Shown: positions 45,744 to 64,000 of the stretch, piece by piece
Position numbering within the stretch: position 1 is the stretch's first letter
Layout: each line of letters opens with the position of its first letter
Notes under the pieces: generated by a model
Told to the model about the DNA's origin: nothing
Seen by the model: the letters and a program-made list of their open reading frames with translations, nothing else
Databases searched by the model: none
NCBI RefSeq assembly: GCF_009914755.1
Contig: NC_060928.1
Direction: 5' to 3' (one strand)
Source: the human T2T-CHM13v2.0 reference genome, Homo sapiens
Length of the DNA: 64,000 bases
Made by a program: the position numbers and the translations under genes

Positions 45744-46439
45744 TAGCCAGCATGGTCTTGATCTCCTGACCTCATGACCGCCCGCCTTGGCCTACCAAAG
45801 TGCTGGGATTACAGGCATGAGCCACCGCGCCCGGCCTTAGTTGTGTGTGATTTCTATGTGTGCTCTAGGCACTTGCCCTATAGTTGCTCCTAAATGTGGG
45901 GTCTTAGAAAACATCTTGGCTCTTCAAAGCATACTCTGCTGGTCGGCTAAATTGCACTGGGAAAAAAAAGCAGCAGCCCTATTGCTATGTCATTTGTCTA
46001 CAGAGCAAAAGTTGATTCAGGAACAGTAATTTGACTTTGTCTATATTAAAAATCATAAATAGTCAACAAATACAAAAAATACAAAGAGTTTGCAGATATG
46101 ATCAGTGCATTATAGGTGTTTTCAAATTTCTCCTATGATAAATTAAAAATGTAATGTTGGACATTAATTTCCTAAACCCAATGCTCAGCAATTTTCTCAA
46201 ATTGTTTCGCTTTTCCCAAGAGACTTCAGAACCATTCCCTGGAGTGAATTATTTCCAATGGTGAAGAGTAATGGATGGATGGGATGACATTCTCAAAAAA
46301 ATCTTGCTCCTATTTCAGAAGTGTCACTCCAGCCCCTTGAAGGTCCAGGAAACCTGGCTGAGTAGTGTGGTCTATGGAGGTGCATGGGCTTCAGAGTCAG
46401 GCCAACGTTGATCCTGAGTCCCAGCCAGCTGCTTAGTAG

Positions 46440-46945
46440 CTGTGGGATAGTTATACAAGACACATCTACAAGAAAAGTCATGATAAAATTGATTGCAAAA
46501 ACAGCAATTTGAAAAATTTCTTATTGTATTCATGTCCTTGGAAATGGCTTTTATAGTCGTTCCTATCAAGAGACAGATTCTGTTTCCCAAACTTGAATCT
46601 CTTATTTGCACTGGCATAGTGTGCCAGTTTGGGGCCCAGGTTTAAAGTTCCTAAATGCTTCTGTTATCTTTTTCAGAATTCTTCCATCTCTATGACAACA
46701 AGCCCATTTTAACTTTCTGGAGAATAAAGTAGCATGCTGAGGAAAGCCAAAGTGCCTCAGTTTACAGACAGCTCACTCCCAGAAGCGGAGCCACCTAATT
46801 CACCAGCATCTGACCACTCACACCTGAAGGAGGCAAACTGAGCCCAGAAGAATGGCCCAGCTAAGCCCAGCCTAAATTTCTAACCAGCTCAATCCTGAGC
46901 TAGTATGTTTTGGGATTGTTTGTTATGCAGTTATAGCTTAGTAAT
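46440..46945. mobile_element. MLT1-type MaLR LTR
   Basis: gcccagctaagcccagcctaaatttctaacc...gttttgggattgtttgttatgcag resembles the MLT1 end. Confidence 0.55.
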
Positions 46946-47096
46946 ATATACACCCATTAAAGACAGGATTCCAGGATTCCAGGACAAATTGATTACAAAT
47001 GACCTGCAAATGCTTGGCACCCTGTAAGTATTGATTTTCTTTTTTCCTTTATTTAAAGTTAGATTTGTTTTAAGATGGTATTGACTTATACAGAAG

Positions 47097-47673
47097 TGAG
47101 GCAGGAGAATAGGGTCTGGAGACAGGGAACTTAAGGCCAATTCGTGCTGACTTCCTACAAGAAAAAACACCAAGGTCTGGGAGCAGGGAACCTAAAGCCA
47201 GTTAACGTGAACTTCCTACAACTAAACCAAAAGGAAAAACCTCATCTACACCCGAGTAGCAAAGGATCGAAGGCGACTGTCACTACAACCCTCCCCCTTG
47301 TACCAGTTCTCTGATAGAAAAGGACAGTGCCTTGGAGTGGCCGTGGGCCAAGCACAGACCATGCCTTCATCTGCATGGGGTACCAATTCGCCTCAGCCTT
47401 TGATTAGCCAAGGACAAAATCCTTCATTCAGATAAGGGGTAGCTGATAGGAACCTCAAAAGGAGTACTTAAAACCCAGAAAACATTATAACCAGGTCCTT
47501 GGGCTGCTTGCTGGGGCCCACACCCACCCTGTGGAGTGCTTTCTCACTTTAATAAATTCTTGCTTTTGCTGCTTCCTTCCCGTTTTTCATTCCTTTGTGC
47601 TTTCTGTTCAATTATTTGTTCAAAATATCAAGGACCTGGACAACTCACACTCACGGTCTTCCTTCTGGGAACA
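47097..47673 (+). mobile_element. MER51-family ERV1 solo LTR
   Basis: Starts TGAGGCAGGAGAATAGGGTCTGGAG, ends ...GGAACA, internal AATAAA at ~47551, 4-bp TSD GAAG. Confidence 0.8.
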
Positions 47674-48103
47674 GAAGTGCAGGTACATGTGGATGTATGT
47701 GATTGGTGCTTAAACTCACGCAGTGCCCCACACCACAGGAGAAAAACACACAGTTACAGCCTGACAGGTCCAAAGATAAACAGCAAAACAAGAAGTTTGC
47801 CTTTAATCTATTCCCTCCACATCTAAACTCTGGAGGGCAAGGCTGTGAGGAGATCTGAAGACATGGTGGTCTCTCTTCCTGTGGACCCATCATTCCTTGT
47901 TTACTGTATGATATTTAAAAGAAAGAGGAAACCGGGCGCAGTAGCTCACACCTGTGATCCCAGCACTTTGGGAGGCCGAGGCAGGCGGATCACAAGGTGA
48001 AGAGATTGAGACCATCCTGGCCAACACTGTGAAACCGCATCTCTACTAAAAATACAAAAATTAGCTGGGTGTGGTGGTACACACCCATAATCCCAGCTAC
48101 TCA

Positions 48104-48876
<773 letters not shown>

Positions 48877-49057
48877 GTGACTGGGAGACCATGGTCTTCA
48901 CGTGGACACTCTCAGCTTGCAGCCCCTGCTCTCTCTAGGGGCACTGTCCCACCCACCCTTGAGCCTGAGGAGAAAAGTTGGTAGAGAGGCTGTTCCCTCA
49001 CTTCCAGCAGAAAAGACGTGTTCAGGCCCTCACTTTCTTGAGGTCAGAGCCCTCATG

Positions 49058-57882
<8,825 letters not shown>

Positions 57883-58088
57883 GAAAAAAGAAAATGTGGT
57901 ATATATACACAATGGAGTACTATTCAGCTCTAATAAAAGAATGAAACCCTATCATTTGCCACAACACGGATAAACCTGAGGATATCATGTAAGCAAAATA
58001 AGACACAGAAAGACAAATACCTCATGATCTCACTCATGTGGCATCTTTAAAACGAAGTTAATCATTAAGATATTTACCAGTTGTCTGA

Positions 58089-58404
<316 letters not shown>

Positions 58405-58436
58405 TTCCAAATTAAAAACTTTTTAAAACCTCGTAC

Positions 58437-58550
58437 CTCGCCGTGGGCGGCGACCGTCGCGGACTCGCCGGGAAGACGGCCCCACGGAGCCGGGAACACC
58501 GCCCGCTGTTCGTATGTCCGAGGTGACGCCCCGCTGTGGCGGGCTGGCGG
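58437..58550 (-). other. ZNF721: Distal non-coding first exon of ZNF721 at the PIGG bidirectional promoter; 5' end approximate
   Basis: Donor CACGGCGAG|GTACGA at 58437/58436 on minus, inside the CpG island and divergent from PIGG. No ATG in the exon. Consistent with recalled head-to-head ZNF721/PIGG annotation. Confidence 0.65.
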
Positions 58551-58716
58551 AAGTGACGCGCTGCTGTGGCGCGCCGGCGGACGTGACGCCACTGTCGCTG
58601 CGACGATAAGGCCTGGCGTTATTGCTTAGAGGCGGCTACCTGGAGCCGGAAGCGCGGCTGCAGCAGGGCGAGGCTCCAGGTGGGGTCGGTTCCGCATCCA
58701 GCCTAGCGTGTCCACG

Positions 58717-58870
58717 ATGCGGCTGGGCTCCGGGACTTTCGCTACCTGTTGCGTAGCGATCGAGGTGCTAGGGATCGCGGTCTTCCTTCGGGGATTCTTC
58801 CCGGCTCCCGTTCGTTCCTCTGCCAGAGCGGAACACGGAGCGGAGCCCCCAGCGCCCGAACCCTCGGCTG
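58717..58870 (+). CDS. PIGG: PIGG coding exon 1 (GPI ethanolamine phosphate transferase 2, N-terminal TM segment)
   Basis: ATG at 58717 gives MRLGSGTFATCCVAIEVLGIAVFLRGFFPAPVRSSARAEHGAEPPAPEPSAG. Donor GCTG|gtacgg after 154 nt. Confidence 0.95.
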
Positions 58871-59776
58871 GTACGGACCCCTCCCCGGCGTCTCCGCTCC
58901 CCTGACCCCACATCCCCTAGAAGACCTTTTTTCTGAGCCTCGCTGCTCGGATTTCTTCTCGGCGCTCCCCGGTGGTCTCTTCCATTATGGTCCCCACCTC
59001 AGAAATTTTTTTTAACCGCTCCAGCGTCTCTTTTCTGTATTCTTACAACTTTGTGGCAACCACCTCTACTGGCCCCACTTCGACCTTCCTTCCTGATCAC
59101 CACAAAGTAAGCTGTGTCCATACCTGGGATCCAGCCTCTCCACTTCTACTCGTCCAGAGCTCCCGCCCCTTTCCTGAGCAGCCTTTGGGTCACTCCCCGT
59201 TATAGGCGCCCTTTTTGCCCCCTAGCACACAACAGATAAGACCCCTGCCGATCCCCTCGCGTTTTGGTCTCTTATATTCCTCCAAGATGTTTTCCCTGCC
59301 TAGGGGCTAAGGCCTCTCTGCGTTAGGCCTCTTCCTAGGCTTCACCTACCCAGCCATATACAGCAAGTAAAGGCGCCCTGGTTCTGGACCACTTGCACAC
59401 ATCGCCAGCCGCTGACCATGTAAACGCAGTATGTAAACGCCCAGCCATCCCGTAGCTGCAGCTCTGCGTTTTAGGTCAAGCTCCCTAAATGTCCCATTCC
59501 AGGACCCTTACGTAGGGATTCTCCTACCCCAGTACTCTTCACCATACTGAGGATAATTCACTGCTTGCTACTGTGGGTCCCTAAGATTACTCCTGTTAAC
59601 CCCCGTCCTTTCCCCCCAGCACTACCTACCAAGTACAAGTCGCCTCCTTTTGGGTTGGGTTATGTAGATATCGCAGGGTATGTGCTGGAGAAGTAGGTAG
59701 AAGCTAGATTGTGAAGGTGCTTGATGCTAAGGAAAGTTTAGAGTTCAATTTCCTTTTTTTTCTTTCAAACACTTAG

Positions 59777-59982
59777 GAGCCAGTTCTAACTGGACCACGC
59801 TGCCACCACCTCTCTTCAGTAAAGTTGTTATTGTTCTGATAGATGCCTTGAGAGATGATTTTGTGTTTGGGTCAAAGGGTGTGAAATTTATGCCCTACAC
59901 AACTTACCTTGTGGAAAAAGGAGCATCTCACAGTTTTGTGGCTGAAGCAAAGCCACCTACAGTTACTATGCCTCGAATCAAG
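59777..59982 (+). CDS. PIGG: PIGG coding exon 2 (start of alkaline-phosphatase-superfamily catalytic domain)
   Basis: acttag|GAGCCAGT...ATCAAG|gtaagt, 206 nt, in frame with exon 1: ASSNWTTLPPPLFSKVVIVLIDALRDDFVFGSKGVKFMPYTTYLVEKGASHSFVAEAKPPTVTMPRIK. IDALR and PPTVTxPR are PIG-G/O/N family motifs. Later exons lie outside the window. Confidence 0.95.
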
Positions 59983-60299
59983 GTAAGTTTGCCTTAATGT
60001 TTTATGAATCATGGTTTGGCTGTTTTGAAGATTTAGAGGGGGTCTCTGTAGTCTTTCGCTTGGAGTTGCAATTTTAAGAAAGTGGAAATTTTGTGCTGTC
60101 AGTTGGCTGGGGCAATAGAATGTTGAAGGAGCCTCACACGGGATGGAACTGAGACCCATCATTTGTGCCCCATGTCAAGTAGCCAAAGCTCATGCTTCAT
60201 GGCAAATATAAAAGATTTAGAGCAAGATCATCCAGGCTAACCTACCCCAAGATATGCCATTCTTGGTGACCTGCTTTCTTCTTTAATCGTCACTGGGTC

Positions 60300-62900
60300 A
60301 TTTACAATCTTAGAAGGAGCCTTTAGAGTTAATCTAGTTCAGTCTCTAGACTTTATAGATAGGAAAGCAAACTCAGATAAGTTAAATGTGACTTCTCCAA
60401 AATTATCCACCAGTATACATAATGATCAAATCAGTATGTTCCGGCCTCAACAATTACCACTGTTTCCACCATATCCTTCAGGTGTCCAGCCTACTGACAG
60501 CAGCTTTGAAGTACATAGTGCATTTCCCAAGAACCGTGGGTAAAGAAAAAAGTAAGCCTTTATTGATTGGCTCAAAACTTTTGAGCAACGACTATGTGGT
60601 GATACTTCAATGGGTATGCAATTGGGGAAAAAATAGTATCTCTGCCTTCATGTAGCTTTTAGTCTTTAGATATACAGCCACTCAACAAAGGAGCATATGA
60701 AAACATGCAGTTGTAAAGTGTGGTTAATGCATGATGAGAAAGAACAGGATGTGATGATTAGTGGGTGAGAAAGCCTGGCTGAGGAAATTGCATTTAAACT
60801 GAGACTGGAAGGATGAATAAAGGTGGGGACAGAAAGGAGCAGAGGGGTTGAAGTGTGTGAGTGTATCGCATGTGAGCGTGGCATAAAGTCTCTGACGGAG
60901 CCTTAGCTGTGTCGTTGATCATGTGAAACATTATTTGGTGAGAAGGAGCTACTTATTGATTTAAGGCTTGGGGGCAGCCCCATTTGCAGATGCTTGGCAG
61001 ATGTTCACTGGATGAAAGCAGTCTGAGACTGAAGGAAGCACAGTGCCATATCACTCACTGACTTTTTCCTTGAATTTCTTACTCTCTCTGCCGCATTTCA
61101 ATGTGATGTGACTTCCTTCAGCAATATTTATTGAGCATCTACTGTGTGCCACACTGTTCCAGACAGGAGGGAGGCAGTGAAGAACAAGACAGCATTGTCC
61201 TCATGGAGCTTACTTTCTAATTGGAGGGATAGAAAATCGGTAAAATATGAATCAATGAAGATGGTTTCAGACAGTGACAACTGCTCTGGAAGGAATGGAG
61301 AGGGAGGTGAGAGAGAATGAAGGGGAGAGGGGCATGCCCGGCACCTTTGAACACAGCACTCAGAGTTTTTGCCGTCCTGCTGAAACTAGCTGTGGGAATC
61401 TGGAAGAAAGACATCCAGCCCCTGATCTTCAGGAACACCGATTTCTTTATCTGCTCTATCAGAAGTGTGGAAGGAACCCTTTTCTCCTTTTCTTTTAAGA
61501 TTTAACAGGCAGATTTGAGAAAATGTATAAGTGATTGTGCAGGTTCTAGGTTCTATTCAGACCAGTCCGTTGGCACTGTGGTTCTTGGGGCCTCTGTCTC
61601 CAGCTTATTGGTTTTATTTCACCTTTGCTGGGGAGCCTCACCCCAGAGCTAGTGTTTTGTTTCATTTTCAGTCCTTTGAGGATTCTTGCTCCTTATTTCC
61701 CCATCAGGGAGGAGCTAGAACAGAAAGCCCATACTGGAGTTAGGATTGTACAGCTCTGGAGTTTGGTAGGTTGGGGTTGGGCAGTGTTGGTTGAGGAAAG
61801 TGTCCCCTGCCCTGCCTCCAGTCTGAGAAAGGGCTCAGAGCATCTCCTGGTGTTGATACATTTGTAACCAGACGCCAACCCTGACATGTCCAGTGTGCTT
61901 TCACTTGCTAAGACCCTGCAGCAGCTTTGTTTTAAAGTCATGTAACTCATTTTTGAATGCCTTTTCTTTCTTAAAGAACTTTCTGGTCATAATAATAGCT
62001 GGCATTGATTGACAGACCTGAGCTTTCCCTTAGATTTCTTAGGACTGTAAATGCAGCCCACTCGCTGTCTGCACGCTTTCTGGGATGAGGGGATGCCAAG
62101 TAGTCCCTACCCTCTTTAAAAATATCGGTGGGAACCCAAGCTAGTGTGAGGATGAGGGAGGTGCCTTGTAAAAGCCACAAAAGAAGGGATGAAAACAGAA
62201 AACTTTTATATTGTCAAATGTTGTAAACAAAGTCAACAACATGATAAACTGAAGAAATTATTGACAGTGGACATGGCATACAAGATGTTAAGTCCATGAT
62301 GTATAAAGAGGTTCGGATCAAGGAGGGACAGTCCTATGGAAACTGGGCCGAGTATATAACGGAATCCACCAAGGAAGAAAGCGGAATGGCCAATAAGCAT
62401 ATGCAGAGATTCTTGACTAGTAATCAGAGCAGGGCAAACAAAACAACCCATATGCCAGTTTTTGTTTATCATATTGTAAAAATTTAAAGATTGATGATCT
62501 CTACCCCGCACAAGAAACGAGGTGAACAGGTGCTCTTGAAATACTGTGGATGTGAATACAGGTTGACTGAGCTGGTATCTCCACTGCCACCACCGTCGTC
62601 CAGGCTGCTGTGGGCTCCAGCCTGAACTGTTATAAATGCCCTAGCACCTTTTCTTGGCCCAAATCACTTCTGGACACAAATCAGACCCTGCTACACTACT
62701 CTTTAAAACCCTTCAGTAGTTTACGCTCTTCCCAGTTTGAACACTGAACCCCATCACCCGTGCCTCAAGGCTCTGCGTGGCCTCACTCCCGTTTACCTCT
62801 TCATCCTCATATAGGCCCCCTTCCGTGTTCCCTTGCCCTTCATCCACACAGGTCACACGCAGCTCATTTCCTCCCGGGTGCTGCTGTCTTTTCTGCCTGG
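60300..62900. mobile_element. Ancient MIR/L2/L1 fragments in PIGG intron 2
   Basis: MIR-like tttatagataggaaagcaaactcaga (~60352); L2-like tattgagcatctactgtgtgcc (~61130) and ctctttaaaacccttcagtag (~62700). Confidence 0.55.
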
Positions 62901-63223
62901 AGCCTTTGCAGTTTGCAGGTGTTTTACTCTGGAAAGTCCCACCTCACCTCCACAACTTTTCAACCTTCAGGTCTCAGCTCAAGTGGCACTTCCATAGGAA
63001 GCTGTTTAAAATAAATGCCCAGTAAAATGGTCTTGGTTAAATACGTTATTGTACAGCTACACACTGGAATGCTCTGTAGCTGTTTGGAAAAAAGATAAAA
63101 TGCTTGTGTTTTCCCTAGGTAAAGATGTTCATGATGTGTTATTAATTGAAGAAGTTTGAGAGTAATTTGTATAGTTTGCTACCATTTTGGTAAAAAATGT
63201 GTACCTTCATATATTTGTGATTT

Positions 63224-63225
<2 letters not shown>

Positions 63226-63269
<44 letters not shown>
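63226..63269. repeat. (AC)n microsatellite, about 21-22 units
   Basis: Pure AC run. Confidence 0.95.
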
Positions 63270-63273
<4 letters not shown>

Positions 63274-64000
63274 AGAGTCCAAAAGGATACTCACCAAGAG
63301 TAATTGGCTGCCTTTTAAGGAGTACAATTTTGGGGTGAGGTTCACATTTTAAAAAATAACTATTGAAATATAATTTTTATACAATTACATTTTTGCATGT
63401 ACAGCATTTAACAAATGTGTGTATCCAGGCAAACCCCACCTCAGCTCAATTCTGGCCCCACCCTAGGAATGTTGGTGGCTGTTAGGGTTATTTTGGTTGT
63501 TTGTATAGTGAGTTCCTGCAGTCTGTCTCCCCGGGAGCGTGCGGCAACTGATGTTTTGACTTAGGTCTTTTGGTTCTTTTGGTTTTTAAGTTCTTGTTTT
63601 TATCTTTAAGCCTGTCTTCCTGAGTGCTGGCCCTGGCTCCGCATAGCTTAGTGGTCAGCCACTGATTGGTCAGAGGTTGTGCTTCAGCACCCCTGATGTG
63701 TTTTCATAACCTCCCTGGGTGTGGGGCTTCTCAGTGGCTGCTGCAGCGTGGAGCTGGAAAGGAGGGAAGTGGGAGCCGCCCTGTGTAGAAACACCATGGG
63801 CACTTGCTGTTCTTACTGAGATTCCGTGTTTTTTCTTAAATAAGCACTTCTCAATCTGTTCTATAATTTTGGTGAATTTCCAAAGTACTAAAATGGTTGC
63901 TTTTGACAGTTTCATCCAGTTTTATTATTGCTCCTGGGAGAGAGATTTTGCCGAGCTCCTCCCTGTGGCATTCCAGAAGTCTGGATAATTCATACTTGCA

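Larger units (their letters stand above)
58430..58980. promoter_or_regulatory. Bidirectional CpG-island promoter (ZNF721/PIGG)
   Basis: Very CpG-rich. Three GTGACG CRE half-sites (58523, 58553, 58583), an ETS-CRE composite GCGGAAGTGACG (~58547-58558) and a further CCGGAAG at ~58647. Confidence 0.85.

Noticed and set aside
60000-64000. Additional PIGG coding exons
   Set aside because: No translation continues the PIGG catalytic domain. Alternative non-coding exons cannot be judged from sequence alone.

Overview
Primate, most likely human, genomic DNA. I recognise it as the 4p16.3 ZNF721-PIGG locus from the encoded proteins. The minus strand carries ZNF721, a ZNF91-family KRAB zinc-finger gene: a 2.7-kb C2H2 exon (1089-3826), an intact 127-bp KRAB-A exon (31958-32084) and two possible first exons. 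One is a classical KZNF exon ending ATG|GTGAGT in a CpG island at ~33.0-33.7 kb. The other is an ATG-less exon at the bidirectional CpG promoter (~58.4-58.9 kb) shared with PIGG, whose first two coding exons are on the plus strand. The rest is mostly repeats: about 50 Alus, a 5'-truncated L1PA, older L1 fragments, a two-LTR class III provirus with an env relic, an ERV1 env+LTR relic, MER11/MER51/MER4 LTR elements and DNA-transposon MITEs. The most notable observations are a predicted promoter-dependent KRAB-plus/KRAB-minus isoform switch with no visible KRAB-B exon, a +1 frameshift at the end of a block-triplicated finger array, and rearrangement fossils at ~50 kb (an inverted copy of the KZNF promoter flank joined to a copy of the pre-zinc-finger intron). 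No prokaryotic system, CRISPR array or RNA gene is evident. Repeat subfamily names come from memory of consensus sequences and repeat boundaries are approximate.
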